A stretch of DNA of 64,000 nucleotides from an uncultured delta proteobacterium (GTDB lineage: Bacteria; Desulfobacterota; Desulfobacteria; Desulfobacterales; B30-G6). The stretch covers positions 143,798-207,797 of the forward strand of contig CAVOZW010000006.1 in NCBI GenBank assembly GCA_963701385.1, in the 5' to 3' direction. The position numbers were made by a program, and so were the translations under genes. The first letter of the stretch is position 1. The number at the start of each line of letters is the position of its first letter. Positions 21,327 to 32,315 of this stretch are shown here, in pieces. The notes beneath the pieces were generated by a model that did no database searches, was not told the DNA's origin, and saw only the letters and a list, made by a program, of their open reading frames with translations.

Positions 21327-22603
21327 ATGACCGATGATCTCTTGGGAAAAGCAAAACGCTATCGCTGGTACATTTTCTGGATACTCGCACTTGGATATGT
21401 TCTGGTCTATTTCCATCGGCTCTGCCCTGCGGTCGTGGCGGTGGATATGATGAAGGATCTCAATACGACGGGCGCTTTGACCGGTTTTTTGGGGGCGGCC
21501 TATTTCTACCCTTACGCGGCCATGCAATTGCCGGCCGGGCTCCTGTCAGACTCCTGGGGACCCCGCAACACCATCACCCTCTTTTTTGTCGTCGCATTTA
21601 TCGGATCCGTCATTCTCGGTCTGGCACCATCCGTCTCCCTGGCCATCTTTGGACGGACCTTGGTGGGGCTTGGCGTTGCCATGCTTTTTGTACCGACCAT
21701 GAAAATTCTGGCAGAATGGTTCCATATCAAAGAATTCGCCACCATGACCGGTATTCTCATGGCTCTGGGAGGCGTGGGCAGCCTGATCGCCGCCACACCT
21801 CTGGTTTGGGTCAGCAATTGGATCGGCTGGCGGCAATCTTTTATTCTCGTGGGCATTGTTACACTGGTCCTGGCAATACTGGTGTACCTGATTGTCAGGG
21901 ATCGGCCGGCCATGATGGGATGGCCCTCGCCTGCCGGAACACCCAAGACCCCCCCCCCAGCCCATCCCACTCATGGCAGGTGTCAAAAAAGTCCTGACCA
22001 CTCCCTTTTTCTGGCCGGTGGCGGTCTGGTTTTTCTTTGACTGCGCCATCTTTTTTTCGTTCGGTGGCCTCTGGGGTGGTCCGTATCTTATGCAGGTCTA
22101 CGGCTACACCAAAGCCCAATCAGGGCATATTCTCTCAATGCTGGCCGTAGGCATGATCATCGGCAGCCCCCTTTTGAGCTACTTTTCGAACAGCGTGGTC
22201 AAATCGAGAAAGATTGTCGTGATGATCGCCAGCACAATTGTCTTGTGCCTGGTCATACCACTGGCCTTCTTTACGGCGGCGATCCCCCTCCTTGGGCATT
22301 ACATCATCTGCCTGGGGCTGGGAATGTTTTCCAGCGCCATTGTCGTTATCGGATTCACCACCAACAAGGAACTCTTTCCGGTCCAAATGGCCGGAACCGC
22401 CACAGGCATGATCAATTTGTTCCCCTTTTCAGGGGGCGCCGTGTTTCAGCCGGTTCTGGGTTATGTGCTGGAGAAACAAGGCCGTATAGAAGGCGCCTTC
22501 ACCCTCGAAGGCTACCAGCAGGCATTTCTGGTTTTGTTTGCCTGCAGCTGTCATTGCCTTGATCGCCAGTTTTTTCTTTAAAGAAACACTGCAAAAAGAT
22601 TGA
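21327..22603 (+). CDS. MFS transporter (frameshifts at the poly-C near 21955 and near 22545)
   Basis: QLPAGLLSDSWGPR motif A; multiple hydrophobic helices. Confidence 0.9.
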
Positions 22604-22619
22604 AATCTTTTTGCAGTTA

Positions 22620-22860
22620 ATGGGGTTATGGGGTTTGTTGGGTTCATTGGGTTTTTGTTGATTGGGCTTGCTGGATCTGTAGAGTTTATCTTTGATGCTT
22701 GACGCTGGGACGCCTGGATGCTGATAACAAGCTCATAGCTCATGGCTGATTAGCTGATAGCTGCATTCAAGATTCAAAGCATCATAGCCTTCAGCAATTC
22801 AGCTATCCTATCAGCTATGAGCTATGAGCTGTCAGCTGCCGCGCATTCAAACTTGAATTT
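22620..22860 (-). repeat. Composite repeat element, copy 3 (inverted)
   Basis: gggtttgttgggttcattggg ... gatgcttgacgctggga..atgctgataac..gctcatagct. Confidence 0.8.
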
Positions 22861-23058
22861 CTCTCAATATTGGTTATAGTGATAAAATCGTTACACGATT
22901 TTATTGAAAACGACTTAGTCGCTCCAGAGTGAAAAACAAAAATCCGTATCTTTAATGTGATTTCAACCTGCGCTGCTAATCAGTAGGCAATTGAAATTAA
23001 AAATAGCGGCAACGCCGCGTACAATAAATTCGCCCAGCGAATTTATGGAGGAACGTCG

Positions 23059-23508
23059 ATGAAACTCAAACAAATCACCATTTCCATTGAAAACGAACCC
23101 GGTCGACTTCTGGAAGTGACGCAGGCACTCGGCAATGCCGGTATCAATCTCAGGGCACTCAACCTGGTGGACACCGGCGCCTTTGGACAGCTGCGGCTGA
23201 TTGTTTCCGATGTCAGAAAAACCCGTCATATCCTGATGGGCCTGCAAGCGGCAGCCCATGTCGAGGAAGTGGTTGCTGCGGAGATCGAGGACAAATCCGG
23301 CAGCCTGGCATCCATATTGAAGCCACTCCACGCGGCGAACATCCATATCGTTTACATGTATGCCTTCATCGGCTTGTCGTCCGACAAGGCGGTCATGATC
23401 TTCAAGTTCAGCAACAACGATAAGGCGATCGAGCTGCTTCAAAAGATTGGTGTTCGCATACTGGACGCCAAAGCCTTCGGCATCCTGGAGTCGGGGAATA
23501 ATCATTAG
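23059..23508 (+). CDS. Tandem ACT-domain protein
   Basis: QITISIENEPGRL..L.NAGINLRAL, INIxYMYAF-type second ACT domain; GGAGG RBS. Confidence 0.88.
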   Translation: MKLKQITISIENEPGRLLEVTQALGNAGINLRALNLVDTGAFGQLRLIVSDVRKTRHILMGLQAAAHVEEVVAAEIEDKSGSLASILKPLHAANIHIVYMYAFIGLSSDKAVMIFKFSNNDKAIELLQKIGVRILDAKAFGILESGNNH

Positions 23509-23595
23509 GCTGTTAGGCTGTAGACTAGTAGACTATTAGGCGCCTACAGCCTAACAGTCTAATAGTCTACAGCCTAATGGTCTACAGCCTAAATA
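23506..23595. repeat. Empty GGCTGTTA/CTACAGC inverted element forming a single hairpin
   Basis: taggctgttaggctgtagactagtagactattagg-cg-cctacagcctaacagtctaatagtctacagccta; starts on the TAG stop of the ACT gene. Confidence 0.88.
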
Positions 23596-23623
23596 CCTAT
23601 TTTTTTATTTTGAAGGTTAAAAT

Positions 23624-25948
23624 TTGAACAAGCAACCATCTATTGACTCCCACGGTCTGGACAATGCCGGCCATTTGGAAGCCTGCGATATTCCCCAGGA
23701 CCGCTATCGTGTGTTTATCCAGGATGTGGCCGACGCTTTTTTTGAAACCACCATCCAGGGCGATTTTGTTTTCTTCAACGATGCTCTGTGCCGGATCATG
23801 GGCTATCCCAGGGCGGAAATCGAACGCCAAAACTTCAGACGATTCATGGACAGCGCCAATGCCGAGTATGCCTTCGCAAGCTTCAACAACATGTTCGAAT
23901 CAGGCAAGGGCGTCAACAATATCCTGTGGGAAATTATACGAAAAGATGGTGACACCCGCATCCTCGAAATCAATGCCAACCTGCTGGAGGATACAAACGG
24001 CGCCAAGGTCGGCTTTCAAGGGATTGCCAGGGATGTTACGGACAAGGTCAATGCCGAGCAGGCCTTGAAAGCCTCGGAGAAAATGGCCCAGGAGCAGTAT
24101 ATGGCCAGCCGCAGGGCTGAGCAGCGCTACCGCTCCTTCTTGGAATTTTTGCCCATTCCGGTGTTCGTTTTCAATATGGACGGCACGGTTTACTACCTCA
24201 ACCCCGCCTTTGAAAAAACCTTCGGATGGACCCTCGACGAACTCAAGGGGAAACATATTTCCTTTGTGCCGGACGATCAGAAGGAAAAAACGCGTTTGGG
24301 AATTCAAGAGCTTCTCGAGAAAAAGAGACTTTACGGTTTTGAAACCCAGCGACTCACCAAAGACGGCAAACTTTTGGATATCGTTCTGGATGGGGCCATT
24401 TTCTATGACAGGGACAATCAGCCGGCCGGCCAGGTCGTCACGCTGCATGACGTCACCCAGGAAAATCGCGTATCCAGCATCAACCGGGCACTTTTCAGAA
24501 TCGCCCAGGCGCTCTACGAATTCAGGGGCTTGGACGAACGGCTGCAATTTATCGCCCAAGAGGTCAAGGGGCTCATCGACAGCAGCGGTGCCATGGTCAT
24601 TCTGGTGGATGACAAAACAGACGAATTCTTTTTTCGTGAGGCGGCCTTTGAAAATGAGATCACGGGCAAAAAGGTAAAGGAAATCCGCTTTCCTTTAGAC
24701 AAAGGTGTTGCCGGTGAGGTTTATCGCACCGGCAAACCCCTGATCGTCAACGACACGTCAGACAGCCCGCTCATTTTTAGAAAGGTGGATGACCAGGCCG
24801 ACATGCAGACAAACAGCATGCTCGATGTCCCCATCCATATCGCGGGGCGGATGATCGGGGTTCTGTGTATCGTCAACAAGAAAAGCGGTCCCTTTGACCA
24901 GACAGACGTGGATTTGGTAAGTGCCATCGCCAACATGGTGGCCCTGCCTATCGAAAACGCCCGCATCAACGAAGCCCTTCGAAAGTCCTATAAGAATGTC
25001 AAGAACCTGAACCGCGCCAAGGACCGCGTCATTCACCATCTCTCCCATGAGCTCAAAACGCCCGTGTCGGTTCTGTCTGCGTCTTTGAACCTGTTAAAGA
25101 AGAGATACCAAGGGCCTGATGCCCAGGGTCTTTCAAAAATCCTGGACCGTGCGGAGCGAAACCTCAACCGGATCCTGGACATGCAATACGAAATCGAAGA
25201 CATCATGGGTCAACGCGACTATCAGAGCCATCGCCTGCTCTCAACCCTGTTGAATGCCTGCCAGGACGAGCTGGAAGCCATGGTGGCAGATGAAATCGGG
25301 TCGGAACGATTGACAGACCGTTTGCGTCATCGTATCGACAGCCTGTTCGGTCCCCGGCACATGACGTCCGAACAGATCGAACCCGGGCCTTTTTTGGCGG
25401 CTCTTTTTGAATCGTTGCGAGCGCGCTTCGCCCATCGTAGTTTTGACATCCAAACGCGCTTTGATGCCACAGACGCCATATGGATTCCCCCGGAGGTTCT
25501 GTCCAAAACTGCAGAGGGACTTATCCGCAATGCCGTTGAAAACACGCCCGACGGTGGACGCATCGTCATATCCCTGACCCAGGGGTCGAAGGGGCCTGAA
25601 TTCGAGGTTCAGGACCATGGTGTGGGAATTTCGGAAGAGAACCAACGCCTGATTTTTGAAAATTATTTCACGGCTTATGAAACTTCCCAATATGCAACCC
25701 GAAAACCCTATGACTTCAACGCCGGCGGCAAGGGCTTTGATCTCATTCGCATACGAATTTTTTCCGAAAGGTACCACTTCCAGCTGAAAATGACATCCAA
25801 ACGCTGTCCCCATCTTGCTGAGGGGCTTGAATCAGCCCCTGGCAGCATCGCTGCTTGTGAGCATTGCAAAAAAGATTCAGATTGTCTATCATCCGGAACC
25901 ACCATGACGGTACTGTTTACGCCGGCGAAGACCTTATCGGCTCTATGA
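23624..25948 (+). CDS. PAS-PAS-GAF sensor histidine kinase
   Basis: Two PAS domains (GIARDVT, LHDVT), GAF (LDVPI..IGVL..VNK), SHELKTP, NAVENT, DHGVG. Confidence 0.92.
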   Translation: MNKQPSIDSHGLDNAGHLEACDIPQDRYRVFIQDVADAFFETTIQGDFVFFNDALCRIMGYPRAEIERQNFRRFMDSANAEYAFASFNNMFESGKGVNNILWEIIRKDGDTRILEINANLLEDTNGAKVGFQGIARDVTDKVNAEQALKASEKMAQEQYMASRRAEQRYRSFLEFLPIPVFVFNMDGTVYYLNPAFEKTFGWTLDELKGKHISFVPDDQKEKTRLGIQELLEKKRLYGFETQRLTKDGKLLDIVLDGAIFYDRDNQPAGQVVTLHDVTQENRVSSINRALFRIAQALYEFRGLDERLQFIAQEVKGLIDSSGAMVILVDDKTDEFFFREAAFENEITGKKVKEIRFPLDKGVAGEVYRTGKPLIVNDTSDSPLIFRKVDDQADMQTNSMLDVPIHIAGRMIGVLCIVNKKSGPFDQTDVDLVSAIANMVALPIENARINEALRKSYKNVKNLNRAKDRVIHHLSHELKTPVSVLSASLNLLKKRYQGPDAQGLSKILDRAERNLNRILDMQYEIEDIMGQRDYQSHRLLSTLLNACQDELEAMVADEIGSERLTDRLRHRIDSLFGPRHMTSEQIEPGPFLAALFESLRARFAHRSFDIQTRFDATDAIWIPPEVLSKTAEGLIRNAVENTPDGGRIVISLTQGSKGPEFEVQDHGVGISEENQRLIFENYFTAYETSQYATRKPYDFNAGGKGFDLIRIRIFSERYHFQLKMTSKRCPHLAEGLESAPGSIAACEHCKKDSDCLSSGTTMTVLFTPAKTLSAL

Positions 25949-26279
25949 AAAGAAAGATTTAGCCGCCCGTTCGCTTTGCGAACTCGACGGACGCAGACAA
26001 TTCGACCTGCGGTTACCATATGCGCGGGCACATCGTCTCAAAGTTCATTGGGATAAGCCGGATGAACAACGAGAATTATTTTTCTTAGGCGGATCTTGCC
26101 TAAGAAAAAGTGATGGATTTGTTTGGCCATGTCGGCCAGACAAAAGTCTGCGATTGTCTGCGAGCCTGCCCAGTGAAATTCTGCGAAGCAAACTCTCTTT
26201 GAAGGATTTCACCGGGTGAATCTGCGGCAAAAAAATGTACCAGTTGCATAAATAACTGTTTAACGAGAAATTGATGCAC

Positions 26280-27104
26280 ATGAAAAATACAGATTCAAAT
26301 CCGGAAATTTTTTTCCAAAAACTCAACGTTGAGTTTCTCGTTCACGAGCTCAAGGACCCCATTGCGGTGATCGAAACCGGTGCGCGCACCCTGATCGAAA
26401 AACAGGCTACATTCGGATCACTGTCACCCCGGCAGGAAAAGACCATGAATCGGATCATTCGGAATGCCCGCAAGGCACGCGAAATGCTTTACAGCCTGTT
26501 GGAGGTGGGGCGCTCCGAAGCAGGCAGTTTTGCCTGCAATTCCTTCAACCCCGTCGAAACGGCTTTCGATGTGCTGGCAAATTGTCTGGAAATGCAAGAT
26601 CCGTTGATTGGCGAGAAAATGCACCCACAGCAGGACATGGTCCAAGCACTGGCGCATCTTCATTCATCAGGCATTTCTTTGTCTTTTGTGCCGGATCTGT
26701 ATCAGATGGTGATACATCAGGATCAGGTCAAGTATCGTCAAATTATCGGAAATTTAATAAAAAATGCCCTGCATTTCCGGCGGGAACGTATCGACATCAC
26801 GATGGATAAAGACAACGATTTCCTGTTGGTGGCGGTGATAGACGATGGCCCCGGTGTTGAGCCTGAGCATTGCGAGTCCATATTTGAACGCTATTCTCAA
26901 GCAAATGAATGCACCATCAGCACGCGTCAAGGGCATGGTTTGGGTTTGGCCGGCGCCCGCATTATGGCACGCTGCCTGGGGGGTGATATTGACCTGACAT
27001 GCAGCAAAACAGAAGGAACCAAATTTCAGTTGCGGCTACCGATGGATCGGGTGAACGGAGTAATTCTTAATTTTGAATGTTTAGTTTTTGCTGAGAAGCG
27101 TTGA
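26280..27104 (+). CDS. Histidine kinase without a sensor domain
   Basis: VHELKDP, NLIKNA, DDGPG, GHGLGL. Confidence 0.9.
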   Translation: MKNTDSNPEIFFQKLNVEFLVHELKDPIAVIETGARTLIEKQATFGSLSPRQEKTMNRIIRNARKAREMLYSLLEVGRSEAGSFACNSFNPVETAFDVLANCLEMQDPLIGEKMHPQQDMVQALAHLHSSGISLSFVPDLYQMVIHQDQVKYRQIIGNLIKNALHFRRERIDITMDKDNDFLLVAVIDDGPGVEPEHCESIFERYSQANECTISTRQGHGLGLAGARIMARCLGGDIDLTCSKTEGTKFQLRLPMDRVNGVILNFECLVFAEKR

Positions 27105-27229
27105 TTAAAATCTCTGCAAAATGCAAACATCTTGGATCTCTTGAACCCTTGGATCCTGGAACCCTTTCTCCCAACTGATTGGGAGAAGAGCCGTATAATT
27201 CTTATCAATCTTATCGTGGGGGAGTAATA

Positions 27230-27781
27230 ATGACTGGAAAGACTTTTCTGGCGGGCAAATCGATCTTGGCGGTGGATGATGAAGTGGACATTCTGGAAAC
27301 CATCGAGGATATCCTGGAAGAAACCAAGTTGGATACGGCAGGAACCTATGAAAGCGCATCCAAAAAAATCCGAAAAAATACCTATGATTTGGTAATTCTC
27401 GATATCATGGGGGTCAACGGTTTGCAATTATTGGAAGAATCTGTTGCGAGAGGGTTTCCGACCGTCATGCTGACCGCCCATGCCATCAACCCGGATGCGC
27501 TGATGGCTTCCATTCGCAAGGGCGCCATCTCCTACCTCCCCAAAGAGTCCCTGGCCGACTTGGATGACCTGCTGGATGACATTCTGGGGGCCTATGAAAG
27601 GGGTGAAGCACCATGGAAGTTGCTTTTTAATAAACTGGGGGCCTATTTTGACGAACGCTTCGGTGCCGACTGGAAGAAAAACGACCAGGCCTTCTGGTCT
27701 GATTTCGATCAAACCTATGAAATCGGTAAAGGCATCCAGGAACGCTTGAAAAAGGATAAACGTATATTGGATAAATTTTAG
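27230..27781 (+). CDS. Response regulator (receiver plus short C-terminal extension)
   Basis: VDDE, ILDIMG, MLTAH, YLPK. Confidence 0.9.
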   Translation: MTGKTFLAGKSILAVDDEVDILETIEDILEETKLDTAGTYESASKKIRKNTYDLVILDIMGVNGLQLLEESVARGFPTVMLTAHAINPDALMASIRKGAISYLPKESLADLDDLLDDILGAYERGEAPWKLLFNKLGAYFDERFGADWKKNDQAFWSDFDQTYEIGKGIQERLKKDKRILDKF

Positions 27782-28014
27782 CAACAGAATGCTGGGAGGC
27801 TGGGAGGCTGGAGCTGTGAGGCTGGTGAGAGCAGATAATTTTGCGAAGGTTTAAATTTTATAATTCTTGAATTATGAGAGTCACAGGTGATTTGTTTTAT
27901 GAATCTATTTTCATACTTCACGATGTCAATTCTTTCTTTAACCACCGATCTCATTGATAGTTATCAAAATTTCATCTTTTGTCTATCTACCTAAATCAAC
28001 TTCAATTAGATGAA

Positions 28015-28240
28015 TGTTGTATTTCGCCGCAGGCGATGGATAATTTGCGATTTCGTCTGGAAATCGCAAATAATCATGCCTGCCCAGTTAAATTCGAAGA
28101 AAATTTGACCGGGGTCAATCCTGTTAATCCTGTCTAGATATTGAGCGGAAAACCGTAATACCGCTATAGCAGCCTATCACCTATCAGCTATGAGCTATGA
28201 GCTAACTAATTCAAAATTCAAAACTCAAAATTAAAAATTG
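28015..28240. repeat. Right half of the CAGGATT element followed by AGCTAT and TTCAAAA repeat arms
   Basis: tcgccgcaggcga, aatcctgttaatcctgtc, tattgagcggaaaacc (also near 33240), agctatgagct, tcaaaattcaaaactcaaaa. Confidence 0.75.
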
Positions 28241-28243
28241 CTC

Positions 28244-29074
28244 CTATAGCATCTTGTCCGCCAGCTCCTTCATCAGCTTGGCTGCCACCATGGCTGTCAT
28301 GCCGTTGATGTCCCGCACGGGGTTGTACTCCACGATATCCGCCCCCACAATAGGCGCCTTGAGCTTCTGTATCACCGTAATGATATCCCGCGTCCTCAAA
28401 CCACCCGGTTCTAAATGAGATACCCCCGGGGCATAGGCCGGGTCCAAAACGTCTAAATCGATGGATATATACAACGGGCCGCTAAATCGAAGTGTGGACA
28501 AACCTTTTGGCCATGATTTCATATCGATGACCTTGACATTGAATCGATCGGCTTGCTCCTGCTGGTGGGGTGTCATGGTTCGAATGCCCACCTGCACCAA
28601 TTTTTTGATGAGCCCCTCTTCCATGATCCGGGCAAACGGACAGGCATGCGAATAGCGGTTGCCATCCAGTTCATCATACAGATCCGGGTGGGCATCGAAA
28701 TGCAGAATACTGAGATCCGGAAAATGTTTTTCATAGGCTTGTATGATGGGCAGCGTCACGGCATGATCGCCCCCCAGAGACAGGATCCTGACCTGCTTGT
28801 CAAGCAGTTCCTGATAAATGTGCTCGATGTATCCCGACACATTCATGCCTTTCTTGAGTTCCAGGTCGCCCACGTCGTAAAAGTTACTTTCCTGGGCCAG
28901 ATCCCTCCCGCTCTCCGTGCACGTGTTGGTGGCATCGGAATTGTAAGCCTCCCGGATCTTGACCGGCGCCTTGGCCGCCCCTTTCAAAAAACTAGAGTTG
29001 TCGTCATAAGGAATCCCCACAACTGCCACGGATTTAGTATTTTGTTTCTGTCCTAATATATCTTTTAAATTCAT
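28244..29074 (-). CDS. speB: Agmatinase
   Basis: GGDHA, DAHPD, SHACPF, SIDLDVLDPAYAPG, DIVEYNP. Confidence 0.9.
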   Translation of the reverse strand: MNLKDILGQKQNTKSVAVVGIPYDDNSSFLKGAAKAPVKIREAYNSDATNTCTESGRDLAQESNFYDVGDLELKKGMNVSGYIEHIYQELLDKQVRILSLGGDHAVTLPIIQAYEKHFPDLSILHFDAHPDLYDELDGNRYSHACPFARIMEEGLIKKLVQVGIRTMTPHQQEQADRFNVKVIDMKSWPKGLSTLRFSGPLYISIDLDVLDPAYAPGVSHLEPGGLRTRDIITVIQKLKAPIVGADIVEYNPVRDINGMTAMVAAKLMKELADKML

Positions 29075-29120
29075 ATTGTTCTATCTTTTTATTAATACAT
29101 TACTTTATGTTTATTTATTA

Positions 29121-29390
29121 GACAGGATTAACCCGGTCCGATTTTCCGAACCTACCGGGCAGGCAGGATTTTACAGGATATTATTATTCTTTATCACTTT
29201 CCAGATGAAAGTGATAAAACCAAATCCGCTTCGCGGAAAACACCTCATGATCAGAGATTATCTGCCAAGCACCTATTTACCCAATATTATTTTCAAAGCA
29301 TGCAAATAGTTTTTCGCCGAAGGCGATGGAAATTTTGTGATTTCTTCTGGGAATCACAAAAAAAATCCTGTCAATCCTGTCAATCCTGTC
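29121..29390. repeat. GACAGGATT...AATCCTGTC element
   Basis: First about 150 bp nearly identical to 32968 onward. Confidence 0.88.
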
Positions 29391-29487
29391 AAATATTTTC
29401 CTCTCATACCTATCAGCTACGACCTATGACCTATGACCTATCAGCTGCTATATAATTAAAAATTAAAAATTCATAATTGCCACAGGC

Positions 29488-30831
29488 TTAAAGTCTCCAA
29501 AAATTCACATCCATCTTCGCAACCGCTACCGGATCGAACACAGCCTTCACATCGATCAAACAGCCCCCGGGAATCAATTTTTTCACAATATTTTCCAAGG
29601 ACTGCTGCTGGTAAAACGAATGCGCCACCGCCACCACCAGGGCATCCAGATCTTTTAATTCCTCGAACGATGCCAGTGCAACACCGTAAAATGCCCTGGC
29701 CTCGTCCGGATCAGCCGTGGGGTCATGCACCAGCACCTCGATGCCATAAGAAGTTAGTTCCGCAACGATGTCCGGTACTCGGGAATTTCTCAAATCCGGG
29801 CAATTCTCCTTGAAGGTCAGTCCCAGAACCCCGACCCGACTTTCTTTGATGTGAGAACCGGCTGCGATCATCATCTTGACGGTTTTTTCGGCGATGAACT
29901 TGCCCATGTTGTCGTTGATGCGGCGACCGGCCAGGATGATCTCCGGGTGATACCCCACCAACTCGGCCTTGTGCGTCAGATAGTACGGATCCACACCGAT
30001 GCAGTGCGCCACCCACCAGACCCGGGCTGAAGCGCAGAAAATTCCACTTGGAACCGGCCGCCGCCAGAACATTGACCGTATCGATCTTCAGCTTATCGAA
30101 AATAATGGCCAGTTCGTTGATCAAGGCGATGTTGATATCGCGCTGGATGTTTTCGATCACCTTGGCAGCCTCGGCTTCTTTGATGCTGCCCGTACGATGA
30201 ACACCGGCACTGACGATGGATTCGTATAGTGTCGCCACGGCATCCAGGGTCTCAGGATCGTCCCCGGACACCACCTTTTTAATCTTGGTCAGGGTGTGCT
30301 CCTTGTCGCCCGGATTGATCCGCTCCGGCGAATATCCCACATGAAAATCCTTTTTCCAGGCAAAGACCCGATGCCGCTTCGAGGATGGGGACGCAAACTT
30401 CTTCGGTGGCCCCCGGGTAGACAGTGGATTCGAAAATCACCACCGCACCCTGTTTCATGTGCTTACCCACGATCCGTGAGGCCGACATCAGGGGGCTCAG
30501 GTCTGGCTGGCGGGCGGCGTCGATGGGTGTGGGTACGGCCACGACAATGAAATCCGCATCCTGTGATGGTCGCCGGGTCCGTTGTCACTGTCAGATGCTG
30601 GGCAGCCGAGAATTCAGCGGCGGTCACTTCACCGGTAACGTCGATCTGTTTGCGCAACCGAGCGACTTTCTTCTGGTTCAGATCAAATCCGATGGTTTTG
30701 ATGGTTTTGCCAAAGGTCACGGCCAGGGGTAAGCCCACATAGCCCAGGCCGATCACAGCGATGGTCGCGTCGCTGATGCGACGCTCTAATTTTGAATTTT
30801 GAATGTTTAATTTTGAATTAACTGTATTCAT
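29488..30831 (-). CDS. UDP-N-acetylhexosamine 6-dehydrogenase (WbpO/TviB-like), three frameshifts
   Basis: [66 protein letters not shown]. Confidence 0.93.
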
Positions 30832-31010
30832 TTATCTCCTTGTATTTGTTCAATTAGTTCATCTTCATACGTTTATCCCTCGGCGATATTCGATGGTTAA
30901 GCATATCACTCGAATCCTGGACCCCTGGAACCCTCGGATCCTTTAGATAATCTTTTCAAGATGATCCGAATTAATAACTCAAAATTAAAAATTAAAAATT
31001 CGCATTCGCC

Positions 31011-32109
31011 TCAGGCGAATGCGCCCCCGCCTCCCCCCAAGGTATTCAGTACCAGATCGTGTAAATTGCTGCTCCGTGAAGGCATCCACGCCTGGGCGAC
31101 CTCGATCGATAGACTGAAAAGAAAGCACAGCGCCACTGTGGCGATCATGGCATACTGGTCGGGAAATCTGCCCCTTCGCCCAAGCACAACCATCAAAACA
31201 GCTCCCAAAGGCACAAAGCCCAACAGGTTGATCAAAAAGTCGCTGAAAACGTTTTTGTCCGGTCTTAACCGCGTCCAGGACAGACCCAAAATCTGTTTTT
31301 TCAAAATCGGCATTCGTGGCGGGACATGCAGTGCCTGCCGCCCCCTGCCATGGTCTTGAATCATTTCCCCCTGCCCCTCATCAAACAGATACAGGTGCAG
31401 GGGATCGTCGATTTTGGCGATGGCCAGGCTGCCGTTCGCTTTCCAGTCCTGAAAATGCATGCCAGCCTGTTCTGGGGAAAGGGTTTTGTCGTAAATAGCC
31501 AGCCCCAGCAGTTGACCGGACCAGGAATGCTCTCCGTAGACCGAGTTTCCCAAGGTCAACCATGCTGCGGGCCCCGGGGGAATGTAGAGCTTCAGTTTGG
31601 GGTTCCTCTCGACCGCGACGACCGTCGACATAGATGCTGGTGCCGTTGGCATCCGTTGTAATGGCCAGAAGGGTTGGTGCATCCATTTGAGATCCGAGTT
31701 TGACCGAAATTCGGGGATCCCGCCGTGTGTGTTCGAAATCATTCCCCTTCATCACAATAATGTAGGGGCCCCACTGTCCCACCAGCACCTGGTCCTGATC
31801 GCTGCCACTGTGCAGGGACAACAAAAAACGAAATCCCTCTTTCTGATGTTCATCTGCCGTGAAGGCCACTTCCAGTGAAAAGCGCTGATCCCCTTTCGCA
31901 TCCGGTCGGCTCTCCCGGCCGGGGAGTTGGGTGTATGCCAGCCCATACTGGCTGAAATGAATGCCGGCCTTGCCTTCTATCCACCCCACATGATTCATAA
32001 AATCATACGCCTTGGGTCTCAATCCAAAGTAAACCATGCCCAGCAGAATAACGAGCAGCAGCCAGCCCCACAATCGATGACTTGGCCGTTTTTCAATGCT
32101 AGAGATCAT
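31011..32109 (-). CDS. Membrane protein with LamG/concanavalin-like domain and C-terminal VanZ domain (frameshift near 31620)
   Basis: N-terminal TM; SIYVDG, WSG....AIY...LS; D..INLLGFVPLG, SLSIEVAQAWMPSR.S...DLVLNTLG. Confidence 0.8.
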
Positions 32110-32315
32110 GTGTTAAACTCGTATGCGCGGGTGCTGGGAAGATGGAAGGAATTGAAATTTTTAATTTTTGATTGTTTATTAGGTTATGCGGTTTAGACCT
32201 GATATTGACGAGAACCGTTCGTCGCCAGCCAGTTTCGGGGAATGCGCCGTAGCCATTGACCCCCGCTGCTCCTGCGGCGCAGCCGCCCATAAATAAAATC
32301 GCCCGGCGATTTTAT

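Noticed and set aside
27830-28010. Degraded cargo gene inside the CAGGATT element
   Set aside because: AT-rich, and no convincing protein motif could be reconstructed by eye
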